Origin: Eledone cirrhosa
Taxonomy: Eukaryota
Length of the DNA: 64,000 nucleotides
Assembly: GCA_964016885.1 (NCBI GenBank)
Contig: OZ024741.1
Location: 386,012,001 to 386,076,000 of the forward strand
Direction: 5' to 3'
Positions 12,671-24,239 of this stretch are shown here, piece after piece. The notes beneath the pieces are model-generated. The model saw nothing but the letters and a program-made list of their open reading frames with translations, was not told where the DNA came from and did no database searches. How positions within the stretch are numbered: position 1 is the stretch's first letter; each line of letters begins with the position of its first letter. The translations under genes were made by a program, and so were the position numbers.

Positions 12671-13542
12671 GTGATGATCAAACTTTCATCAACATTACCG
12701 TTGAGGGTAGGCGGCCCTCGTGTTACCGCTGCGGAACCAGAGGTCACCTGAGGGCTGTCTGTCCCCAACTTAATAAGAAAACCCCAATCCTGCCTACACC
12801 ACCAACAACTGCACAACCAACGCAATCACCACAACTACCACTACAAAAACAACAACCACAGCTCAAAACAAAACAAAACAATGTCCAACCCATCCCTCCC
12901 CCCCACTAAAAAAAAACAATTTCCAAAACACCCGCACCGCAAACACAACCCGTAAATATACCCCTCCCCTCCAACGCGGATGATGACCCTAGTTCGTCGT
13001 CAGACGAGGAGGAGCACTTCCACACAATCAAAAGAAAAAAAAGAAAACACACCTCAGACACACAAATGAAAACAACCCCTCCCCAAAACATAACACTGAC
13101 ACCAACACAAAAGAGCTCACAACAACAGCAAACAAAAAACACCACACAAAAACAAAAACATGCATACACATACATAAACACAAGAAACAAAAAACTGTTA
13201 AACATTGTGTACAACAACAATTTAATAAAAATCCAAGGGCCTAACTTCACCCAGGCAGGGGATTTCCCCCACCTCAAAATGATTAAGGCCCCACAGGACA
13301 CTTATAAAACTTTAAAAAACAACTTTAAAGAGGACGTGGGTCCCCCCTGCGTCGGGCCGATTAACCGCGTCCTCCGAAAAAACTACCCCACCCCCTCCCC
13401 AAACACCGACACAACTCCAAACACCCCAACCACACAACACACTGATGCCTCTACACTTCCACAAACCACCACCCCACCCAACAATCCATCCCCCACCCTC
13501 ATGGAAATTGTGCAGCCCGATACCCGGGACGCAGAGAGGTAA
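12671..13542 (+). pseudogene. LINE ORF1 (gag-like) C-terminal part, truncated and interrupted
   Basis: CCHC knuckle CYRCGTRGHLRAVC followed by a P/T/Q-rich region. Interrupted at the TAAAAAAAAAA run near 12907; terminal stop at 13542, 24 nt before the ORF2 ATG. Confidence 0.75.
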
Positions 13543-13566
13543 GTGCCTTTTCTCTTCACCACCAAC

Positions 13567-16500
13567 ATGGCTATGCTAAGAGTAGGCTGTTTAAATGCTC
13601 GTGGCCTGGGCTCAACTTGGAAGCAAGCAATGCTTCTAAATGATCTCAGGTCACAACGTATAGATGTGATGGTTATTTGCGAGGCCCGGATCAGCAACGT
13701 GCGACAGCTGGCCCCCACCTTTGATGACTTTGAGATGTACGCATCTCTCTGTCAGCCCGGAGGTGGAGGTGGGGTTGTCGTTCTGCTGCAAAAACATCTG
13801 GGTCTCGCAACACAGACGGTACATTTGGACCCGGAGGGTCGACTAGTGGTTCTGGACCTTGGCAGTGGTGAAGGCGGAGCGTTTAGGTTGGTAGCCGCCT
13901 ACGGCCCTCTCAGGTCAATGCGGCCGGACTTCTTCCATCGTCTGGAGACTTTTCTAGGGATGTCCCGCTCCTTGCTATTAGTGGGGGACTGGAATGGTAT
14001 CCTAGATGCACGCTGGGACTACGTAGGGGCCTGTCCCGATAGAGAGGGGTGTAATAGCCTCAAAGGGTTAATCGGTCGATTTGACCTGGCCGATAGATAT
14101 CGACTAGATTTTCCGACTGCGTCAACCTGGACTTGGGCAAATCGCAGCGGATCATCTAGGTCGTACCTAGATAGGTTCTTAGTTAGAAATAAGGATAAGG
14201 ACTTTTTAAGTTGTCCAAAAATGAGCATGGTTGGCTATTCATACCACAAGTTAGTGAGCTGCATGGTCAACCTTGACAGAACGCATAGACAGGGACCCGG
14301 TTACTGGAAGCTCAACTTGTCTTTACCGGCAAGTAAGGCTTACAGGGACCGGATTAGCACTTTAGTTAAGGAGCGGTTGACGGGCGCCATCGTCAACAGC
14401 AGGTGGTGGGGATCTCTCAAAAGAGAGATTAGAGTAGTCTCTATAGAATTTAGTAAGGAGTTAGCCTCAAATAGAAATAGGAAGGAAAGGGAGCTGGTAG
14501 ATAGTGTAGAAGTGGCCAGAGTGCTAGCGTCGAGAACGGCCCTGGGCCAGTTCTTCGACGCGAAACACGAAGGCTGCATCGTCGGAAGCAAAATACGTGC
14601 TCTGGGAAACGAGGGGACCAAAGCTGTTAGCTGGGCCCGCGTGACAGAAGCCAAAAGAGGGAGCAGATCCACTATCCGGTCTTTGCGAGACCAGGATGGA
14701 CGGGTGATCCTTGAACCTAAGCAGATGTGCGAGGCTTTTCAAAAGCACTTTGCCGGATTGTTCGGAAGGGGCGGGGAGCCGGTTGGAGATGTGGACTTCG
14801 GTCCATACCTCGACGGCCTGCCGCGTCTCTCGGACAGGGAGGCGAAGTCTTGCGAGGAGCCGATTTCAGCCTCTGAGATAGAGGACGTGCTAAGCCAATG
14901 TGGCAAACGCAAATCCCCGGGTCTCAATGGTCTTCCATACGAACTGTATCTAGCTATGCCGGACTTGTTCCCCGATCTCCTCGAGGCGGTCTACTGCAAC
15001 TGGCAACATAACGGGAGAATTCCCTGTGCTGTGACCAAGGGCGTAGTCACGCTAGTGAGGAAGGACGAGAACAAGGGGGACGATATAAATAATTTCAGGC
15101 CCATAACTCTGCTAAATACAGAGTTACAGATTTTGGCCAAGGTGCTAGCAAAGAGGTTGGCGCTTGTCGTGGGCAACCTGGTGGGTGATGCGCAGACATC
15201 TGCTATCCCGTCCAGGTCCATCCACGACAACCTCCACCTCATGCGATACATCATAGAGAGGGTTGGGAACGAACCCGGCTTTGGTGGGGCCCTGATCAAC
15301 TTGGATCAATCTAAGGCGTTCGATAGGGTCGACCATGGTTACCTGGATGCGGCGGCAGGCTTCGGACCCGTTTTCAGGGGCTGGATCAATGCCATGCACA
15401 GCAGCCGCATCTGCTCTAGGGTCAAAGTGAACGGCTACCTCTCGGAGCCGTTCGAAATCGCGCGGTACATCCGACAAGGGTGCCCTCTCTCCTCCCTTCT
15501 GTATGTAATGACTCTAGAGCCACTGCTGCGGAAGTTGGAGTTGTTGCAGGGTATCCCGTTGGAACCGGGATTGCGGAAAGCGGTGTCGGCCTACGCCGAC
15601 GACGTAACAGTAATGGTGTCGACGGCCTCGGAAATCGGGGCGATCGGCACCTTACTGGAGGAGTACGAAAGGTTTACAGGGGCTAAGCTGAAATGGGACA
15701 AGTCGATCGGTCTGCAACACGGCACGTGGAGGGGAAGATCGATGCCCTCCGATGGCGTCGTCGGGCGCTGGATGGAGGGCCCGGTGAAGTTGCTCGGGGT
15801 CTGGTTCGGACCAGACCTCCAGGTGGAGAAGAACTGGGGTGAGGTAACGAACAGGGTGTTTGCACTGACCCAGAAGTGGGCCGAGTGCAAACTGTCCCTG
15901 AAAGGTCGGGCGGAGGTGGCGAACACTTATATAGCGTCCGTCATCTACTACCGCCTGACCGTTGTGCCTTGCCCAAGGGAAACGCTCGCCAAAATGGAGC
16001 GCGCACTCTTCCAATTCCTTTGGAAGAAGCGGGCTCCTATGATGAGGAGATCCATCTGCTGTCAACACCCTTCGAAAGGAGTGCTGGGGATGCCGTGGCT
16101 AATGATACGTAAACACGCATTAAGGCTACGGCACCTCCAGGTATTCCTCACCGGTCAACCGGTGTGGGGCCTCGTTTGTGAGGCGAGCCTTTCCCAGACT
16201 CGTCTCACTCACCGAGCTGCAATCCTGGGTCAAGCAAAGACCGAGAAAACTGGGCGCCTGGCACACCGAGTGTGCCCAGGCGCTCACGGCTCTCTGGCAG
16301 GCGGACCCGGCTGTCAGTGGAGAATCCACCTCGTCATTCTATAGAGGGCTGGTGGTTAGCAGGTGCGACGACGCCCTCGGAGAAGCCCTAGGCATGGAGG
16401 AAGACGAACTGGCCAACCTGTTCTGTAGGAGATTCAGCCCGGGACCTATGGACAACTTCCAGAAGTCCCTGGCCTGGCAGTGCTACAGAAGGGCTCTGCC

Positions 16501-16975
16501 CGTTCGAGAAAGGCTCTACAGACACGGGCGCCCGGGTAGGGACCCCTCGAAAAAGATCTGTCCCAGATGCGTGTGCGACGAGGAAACCATTGCACACGTA
16601 TTGGTACACTGCTCGGGAATTGCCGATCTGTGGGGCTATGTCGAACAACTGCTGTCAGGTGTGGGACCGATCCGGTTGACCACCGAGTCTATTGTAACGA
16701 TCAAGCCGCCTCCCCTCTTCAAACACGAAGGAGAAGCGGTGTTTCTGTGCGTAATAGCCATGGCGAAAGAGGTTGTATGGTGGACGCGTCAGAAAGGACT
16801 GAGGTCAGACACCTTTCTCTCTGGCCAACAACTGGTCCGTTTCTTCCGATATCATTTCGGAAGAAGGATCAGGATGGAGAGAGAGGTGCTGCACCCCAGC
16901 CGTTTTTATGAAAGATGGGTGAAAGTGGGGAGAATGGCCCGTGTGAATGGGCCTTCACTCTACATCAGACTATAG
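13567..16975 (+). pseudogene. LINE ORF2: AP endonuclease + reverse transcriptase + C-terminal CCHC; one frameshift near 16170
   Basis: APE motifs LNARGL, GDWN, SYLDRFL, and SYH in place of the canonical SDH. RT motifs FRPITLLN, DQSKAFD, QGCPLS, YADD. CPRC...ETIAHVLVHC lies in the downstream frame (16178-16975). Confidence 0.9.
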
Positions 16976-17290
16976 GTGAGGAAGATGAAAGACCATGGGA
17001 GCACCCCCTCTCTGTGCTCCTGAAGAGAAGGGTTGCACACTTTTTTTCAGGGGTGTGTGCGATCCCCCAAGGCGCCTCCTCCCTATTGAGGATTTTGTTA
17101 TAAATTTTATTTTGTTATATTTTACTTTATTTTTATATTTTGTTATTGCCTCCTCCTTATTGAGGACGCCTTTGCATGTAAACTCCCCCCTTTGTACTTG
17201 TCCCACTTTTGATGCCCTGGTGGCAAATAAAAAGAAAGTTATATATATATATACACAAACACACACACACACACATATATATACACACAA

Positions 17291-17333
<43 letters not shown>

Positions 17334-17649
17334 AACACACACACACACACATATATATATATACACACACACATACACAAACACACACACACATATTTAT
17401 ATCTTTTAGCAGAGCATTTTAATATTGCCACTCAATGAAAACCCTTTGTTTGGAATAAATGAATCTTGAAAATTAGGACTGCCTGTCAGTGTGTATGTGT
17501 TTGTCTACTTAGCATCAATTTACTACCCTCCCCTACCACCAGAAAATGTATAAATACCACCATATTACATTGACAGTCGGCTTTTCTGATGATTTCCTCC
17601 GAATGAAACAGTCCCAGTCCTGTTGAAGCCATTTCTATATTAAATATTT

Positions 17650-18385
17650 ATATATACTCTTTTAGCTGTTCCAGCCATCCGGCTGAGACCATGATTGGGT
17701 ACTGCCCTTGTTGCTACACATTCTATCTCCAGCCTGTGTTGGCTGGCCATTGATGTAAGAGGGAGTTCGTTGCTGCTGCCTTTAGGTTACCTTCGTACCA
17801 TGATGGGGGCTCATCCGGGATCCTGGATAACAGGGTGTCAAGAAGTTTCTTGAAAATATCCACGGCCACACCATGTAGATCTCTCAAATCCCTCGGCAGT
17901 TTGTTGAAGAGTTGAGGGCCTTTGAACCTCAGTCTATTGCAATATCTGCTTCTTGTTCTAGATGTGGAAGACTTTTGTCACCACACAGTGACGTCCTGTT
18001 CGGGGGTTGGTCCCGCTCTCAATACCAAAGTTTGGCGCTAGTCCCTCCAGGATTTTCCATATGTATATCACTGCGTATCTCTCCCATCTTCGTTCCAAGG
18101 AGTAGAGTTTCAATTCTTTTAGCCTCTCCGAGTAGCTCATCTCCTTCATCGTGCAACCCTCTTGGTGTAGCTTCGTTGGATTGTCTCAAGTTCCGTGGTT
18201 CGTTTGATACTATGGGGTGACCACAGCTGGGAGCAATAGTCCAGGCGGCTTAGGACAAATGGCCTTCATAGTATCAACATGGTCTCCCGGTCTCTTATAT
18301 AGAAAACCTCAAATAAAAAGTCAAGATTTGTTTCGATTTAACAGAGCAGAAAGAATTCGCGTCAGAATATTCCAACCAATCCAGC
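17650..18385 (-). mobile_element. CR1-clade LINE 3' fragment
   Basis: MKEMSYSERLKELKLYSLERRWERYAVIYIWKILEGLAPN, later GPQLFNKLP..LRDL and DEP..AAATNSL, typical of a CR1 ORF2 C-terminus. Confidence 0.8.
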
Positions 18386-18444
18386 CTATATCAGCTGAAT
18401 AAATATGTATATGGAGATATATATATATACACACCCACATGCAC

Positions 18445-18479
<35 letters not shown>

Positions 18480-18540
18480 CACGCACACACATATATATAC
18501 ACACACTCAAACACACACACATACACGCATGCATGCATGC

Positions 18541-18890
18541 ATGATGGCTGCCCCCTCGTTATCGAGTATGACCATTGCACGATATACCATTATTAATAAT
18601 TATTAATTAATTCTATCGTGCAATGCCTGTGCATGAAGATATTTTTTTAAATGAGGAAAGACTGTGCACTGAGCCAATCCCACTTTCTGAGCGACAGTAG
18701 CTATAACCCGAAAAGAAGAAAAGATCAACATCATCGGTAACTACTGAGCCGCAGGTTTTATATCGGAGTTATCCCAGTTTCTTGAGATGCCTTCTCCTAG
18801 AAGAATGCCCTGACAAAGGCTAGGGGTCCTTCACTCCCAGTGGTTTAACCGCACGATCGGGTGTCCAGCCCGATTATTTCTATGTCCCCC
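18541..18890 (-). mobile_element. Possible non-autonomous RTE-related element
   Basis: Contains GCCTTCTCCTAG...AAGGCTAG, reminiscent of RTE 5'-UTR sequence. Its ATGATGGCTGC start matches the end of the RTE copy at 19222. Flanked by microsatellites. Confidence 0.35.
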
Positions 18891-19221
18891 GCGCATGTAT
18901 ATACACATATACATATACATATACATACATATGTAGATGTGTATATACATATTTACACACTTTTGGATGGCCGTTGACTCTTATGAGATCTCCCGCCCTT
19001 TGTTAGGTTTTGTTTTTTGTCCTGCAGGGTGTCCCAAATCACCCTCCTCACCAAGTAAACTTGGTGGCGTTGCCGGTTTAGTCGCCGACGACCCGACCAT
19101 GCGACAGGTTGTACTGGGTTACATGTTACCAATAGCACTCAAGAGTGACCCGACATACATACATACATACATACATACATACATACATACATACATACAT
19201 ACATACATACATACATACTAC

Positions 19222-21690
19222 ATGATGGCTGCAAACTCGTGTTCAAGTATTGCCATCGCCCGATAAAATGTTCAAAAATGTGAAGCACAAATGTGACTCT
19301 TTAAACAAGCCAAATACTTGCACCCTCTGGCACACACATGGCAACTTTAGGCTCCCCCGAAACCTTCCATTGCTTTGTTCTGGCTGTATGTTCACATGTA
19401 TCTTTTAAGACCTCCCATGCTTGTACATTACTTATACCTTTTCAGATCATAATCTACATGAGGTCTACTGATATGACTTTGTTCATGTCTAATCAAACCA
19501 GCTTTGTTCAGGCTGACTCGATCACAGTGCTGGCAAACCAGATGATGTTCAACAGCAGGCAGTTCAGAACAGTCTCAATCCTCACCTTCCTTTTCAGTGT
19601 TAGGTGTTCTCTCCAACGAGTTTCAAAGTGTTCACCACCTGACTTGATCAAACGTCTCCACTTCACACGCTCGTCAGCCATTTTTTCCCATTCGTCAGAT
19701 GAAATTCCAGCACAAGCCAAGGTGCCCGTGATACAGTCCCGGTACCGCCTTTTTGGTTTATGTGGTGGTCGCCTTCCTTCACACAGTTCTCCATAGAGAA
19801 GTTGCTTTGGAATACGATCATCAGATATCCGGACCACGTGACTGCACCACCTCAACCGATACCGAAAGATTATGCTCTCTATAGTCACGCACCTGCTCCG
19901 TTCTAGAACTTCCAAATCACTGGCGAACATTTTCCACCACACCCCAAGTAACTTATGAAGAGATTGTTGGTGAAATCTCTCCAGATCCTTTCTGTATGTG
20001 ACCCACGTTTGACAAACATAAAGTAAAGAGGAGACAACACAAGTCAGATACACTTTCACCTTGGTTTCGATAGTGATACCTCGTCTGGACCATAAACATT
20101 GATGCAGCCGTCCAAAAGCATCACTGGCTTTCTTGATTCTTAAGGATATTTCATTATCATGTGTGCATGAAGTGTTCAACGTACTACCAAGGTAAACAAA
20201 CTTGTCAGCAACTTTTAGTCTATTTCCGTACACGTACACACTTGGTGCAGTGTACTCGTTTCCAGGTACTGGCTGATACATCACAACAGTCTTTTCCAAG
20301 TTTATTGTGACACCCAAAGTGCTGCAAGCTGCAGAAAAAGAGTTCATAATATGCTGCATGTCACTTTGTGAGTCTGCAAAAAGATCGCAGTCGTCTGCAT
20401 ACAAAAACTCTCGGATTATAGATGTTAATACCTTTGTGCCTGTACCAAAGCGCCTGGTGTTGAACAACCTTTCTGAAGTGCGATACCTGATGTAAACCCC
20501 ATGAGAACAATATTTGAATGCCATGAGAAACACTATCGTAAAATATAAGGAAAACAGAGTTGGAGCCGGAATGTCCCCCTGCTTCACTCCATTTTCAACT
20601 GATATTGGTTCAGAGATGCTACCACCAATACTGACCAAAGCCTTCATGTCATCATGGAAAAGATGCAGAATCTTCTACCCTACCTTGGATTTTTTTCCCA
20701 CAACGCAGTTCAATTGACAGTGTCAAAGGCCTTTGTCAAGTCAACAAAGACCTGGTAAAGGTCCATACATTGTTCGATACACTTTTCTTGCAGCTGCCGA
20801 GCAGAAACGATCATATCCACTGTTCCTCTTTCGTTTCTGAACCCACACTGCGACTCAGGCAACTCATTCAGAGCAACTCTTGGGATCAATCTATCCATCA
20901 ATATTCGACACGACTTTACCAACTACTGAAAGAAGGGATATGACATGATAATTGCCACATTTGTCCTTGCCGTCCTTTCCTTCATGGAGAATCACCATGA
21001 GCGCATTCTTCTTGTGGGACATTCTCATCTTCCCACACCATTTTCATGAGGTCAGTCAGGCACTGCGTGAAGTTTTCACCACCACACTTCAAAACCGCTC
21101 CACTCAGACCATCCATATCAGGAGACTTACCACAGTTCAGCTTATGCACAACAGAAGTCTCCTCTGCAAGAGAAGATAAATTAGCCATCTCATATGTTCA
21201 CTGGTTCAATAGGAATGGAACAAATGAAATCATCATCAACCTGGGATGGCTGGTTTAAGAGCTCATCAAAGTGATCTCTCTATCTGTCGAGTGTCTTTTG
21301 GGTCGCGCAGTAATTGCTTGCCATCTTTCGATCTCAAAGGGGCCACTGGAGAGCTGAAAGGGCCATACACCTCTGTGAGTAGAAAGTGCGGCAGTTTCAC
21401 ATTGTTGCCGTCAGATGCCACTTGAACTTCATCTGCTTTGTTGCTCCACCAGGTATTTTGCATAGCCCTGAGTTTCACCCGCACTTCCTTCTTTACCTGT
21501 CTGTAATGCTCATAATTGTCACCAACAGAGCTACTACCTTTAAGAACTGCATCAAGTGCCTTTTGTTTTCTGTCTAGCAGAGCCTTGACCTCCTGGTCAT
21601 TCTCATCAAACCAGTCCTTGTTTTCTTGACAAAGCCAAGGACCTCTGCTGAAGCCTCATAGACCGAGCTCCTGAAGTCCTTCCAGTTGTT
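19222..21690 (-). mobile_element. RTE-clade LINE, 5'-truncated, multiple frameshifts
   Basis: KSPDMDG, LPESQCGFR..RGTVDMI..RQLQEKC.EQ, VDLTKAFDTV, GVKQGD, YADD, FVYLGS, RIPKQLLYGEL; C2H2 fingers at the C-terminus. Confidence 0.92.
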
Positions 21691-22003
21691 CTCATACACG
21701 CATACATACTTACATATATACATGTATACATACATGCATACATCCATCCATCCATCCATACATGTATACACACATACATACATCCATCCATCCATACATC
21801 CATACGTGTATACATACATACAATGGTTAAAGTGTTTGACTGACGACCATAAGTTCATGGGTTCATATTTGGGACCGGGTAGTTATTGAATCAACCTGAT
21901 ATCAATGTTTATTATACAGCACTCTTCCTCTTTGGTATAATATGACACATAGTAATATCTAACATAGTACCCATCTAATCTGTTATAATATGATTTACCT
22001 TTC

Positions 22004-22186
22004 GTCTGTGAAGGCACATGCCTTAGGGGTTACGGTACTGGACTAACCATTATAAAGTCATGGGCTCGTTTCTTCGATCCTGCAGCATGTTGCGTCCTTC
22101 AGTAAAATACTTTAGTTCGTGTAGCATTTTCTACCAGGACTTGCGGCAGACAGATAATATCAGAAATGGAAAAAACCTTGTTTCAT
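22004..22186 (+). mobile_element. Decayed tRNA-head SINE next to the Gypsy insertion
   Basis: TGTGAAGGCACATG..TTAGGGGTTA resembles the SINE heads at 38281 and 44582. Confidence 0.5.
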
Positions 22187-22589
22187 TGTAGCAGTGAATA
22201 AAATGTATTTTCCTTCTGCGGCGGAATGGTGTTACGGAGGTAAGTTGGCTGAAGTGTGAGCCAATCGAAACCTTCGGCGCACTAATTCGACTGTCCAGAA
22301 CTACGTCACCAGTGTGAGCGGAGGTGACCAAGAGAGACATTAGTCTACACGCACCTCTCTTATCGACAAGACCAGGCTACACTCCTCGCTGCTAACAACA
22401 TCTCCATCTTGCAATGAAGCGGACCAAACTACATCCTACACATGTAGATACGACCTGTACCTAATGTATCCGTTCAACATGTACAACTAATAAATAGAGT
22501 TACAACATCGATAATGGATTTAGTCAATGTTCTAAATGCCTTCTGATCTCTATTATGTATATTAAGAATTGACCCTAAAACCCGTTATA
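22187..22589 (+). repeat. 5' LTR (403 bp, TG...TA)
   Basis: By eye identical to the 3' LTR except C22278 vs T27673; AATAAA at 22489. Confidence 0.97.
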
Positions 22590-22591
22590 AA

Positions 22592-22609
22592 TGGTGACCC
22601 CGACGTGAT
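22592..22609 (+). promoter_or_regulatory. Primer-binding site complementary to the tRNA-Trp 3' end
   Basis: TGGTGACCCCGACGTGAT is the reverse complement of ATCACGTCGGGGTCACCA (animal tRNA-Trp 3' end); it begins 2 nt after the LTR. Confidence 0.92.
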
Positions 22610-23263
22610 ACGATACAACAAATCACATTATAAATGGTGACCCGAACGTTTAAGGACATCAACACAGAAGAAACCACATCTTTCCGTTGCAACGAACACA
22701 TCAACATTTCGCATCCCCCCCCCCCCCCCCAAAAAAAAAACAAAGCCACTCGCCTTTTCTCGGGGTATGTACGCGATTAGCGTGAGTCCTAATATGTATT
22801 TGATATATTGTCTTATTGTTACTAAATCTGCACATCACACCTTCACTTTCTAACATCACCGAACACATGCGTTAATACAAAAATCTTATTTTTCCCTCTA
22901 AATTTCTGATTGGGCGACGCTATAAAAAAACTAAAAAAAAAAACTGTTGGCGCTGATAGCCGGTCAGAGCAAGATGGCCGACTTCCGTCTTCTTCAGCTG
23001 TTTTCCCGTCAAAATGACGGAGGCAACGCCATTTTGAAAAGTACACAAAAAAAAAAAAAAAAAAAAATAATAGGACAAAGATAAATCATAATTTTTTTTT
23101 TAAAGCTTGACGTTTTTCCCTCCAACATTGTTTTTGATATATTTTTCTTTTTCTGTCCTTCACTCGGATTATATTTTTTCTTGGCCTGAATTTTCACTTT
23201 TGTCTCGGTGACAAGTGCAGAGTTGTCCTTTCTTTGCCCTTTGCTTTTACATCAGTATACACA

Positions 23264-24222
23264 ATGGGTAGCACTTCATTGCCACCGTTTACCGGTGACG
23301 TCACTGTCTGGTTCGCCCAGATAGAAGCACATTTCACAGCGAATAACATCACCAGTGACCACAGACAGTTAAATCTCCTGTTAAGCGCTTTTCCAGCGTC
23401 ATTGACGTCGGTCGTCAAAGACTTAATTACCGATCCTCGCCCTGGGCCTCCTATGAGAGCGTGAAGCTCGAAGTGTTGCGGCGGACCACATTGTCCGCAG
23501 AAAAAAAATTTCAGACGCTCGTCAATGACGAACATTTGGGTGATCGGACGCCCACACAACTACTGCGTCGGATGAGAGAGCTGGCGGAAGATGCCCCAGC
23601 TGACAGTGCCCTCCTTAGACAGCTTTTTGTCTCAAGGCTACCCCCCGGAGTTCAGGCGATCTTAGCGCCCATGATGGAGGCTGCTCCTGTCGACCAGCTA
23701 GCGGCTTCGGCCGACAGGGTTATGAGTGTCATCGGACACCCAGCCTCATTTGCCCCCTTCCAGGCACCTCAGCCACCGGCTGCGGTCAATCCGTTCTCTC
23801 CTGCCTCCTTCCAGGCACCTCAGCCACCGGCTGCGGTCAATCCGTTCGCTCCTGCCTCCTTCCAGGCACCTCAGCCACCGGCTGCGGTCAATCCGTTCGC
23901 TCCTGTCTCCTTTAATGTATCCCAGCCGCCGACTGCGGTCGCTTCCTTCACTCCAGCGGCTGCCAGTTATACCGACCAGTCACTTGCAAATGCAGCAATG
24001 CTGCAAGCAATAGAGCAGCTAACCAAGGAAGTGAGAAAACTAAGCACTCACAGGGCTCATTCGCCCAGACGCCGTTTCCAGAGCCGTTCACCCTCGCCAC
24101 GACGCCGTCACACAGGCAGTTCAGGTTTGTGTTACTACCACAGCCGTTTTGGCGCAGCAGCACGCTCCTGTAAACAGCCTTGTACATTTTCAGACCAGGG
24201 AAACAGATTTCAGGAGACCTGA
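23264..24222 (+). pseudogene. gag: Gypsy Gag, with a single 1-nt frameshift at ~23445
   Basis: LPPF..D...WFAQIEAHF, then in the next frame LGDRTPTQLLRRM, FVSRLP and C-terminal [18 protein letters not shown] (CHCC). Confidence 0.88.
23758..23910 (+). repeat. In-frame 51-bp tandem repeat x3 within gag (FQAPQPPAAVNPFAPAS)
   Basis: Units start at 23758, 23809 and 23860; a degenerate fourth follows. Confidence 0.95.
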
Positions 24223-24239
24223 GCACGGCACAGTCTCCT
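24198..24239 (+). promoter_or_regulatory. -1 ribosomal frameshift signal: G GGA AAC plus downstream hairpin
   Basis: Heptamer 24198-24204 is in the gag codon phase and pol is in the -1 frame. Stem AGGAGAC (24212-24218)/GTCTCCT (24233-24239) begins 7 nt downstream. Confidence 0.88.

Larger units (their letters stand above)
12671..17240 (+). mobile_element. L1/Tx1-like non-LTR retrotransposon, 5'-truncated, inserted in a (CA)/(TA) microsatellite
   Basis: ORF1 with zinc knuckle, APE-RT ORF2, and a 3' UTR ending AATAAAAAGAAAG. ATATATATATATACAC occurs on both flanks (12655-12670 and 17241-17256). Confidence 0.92.
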
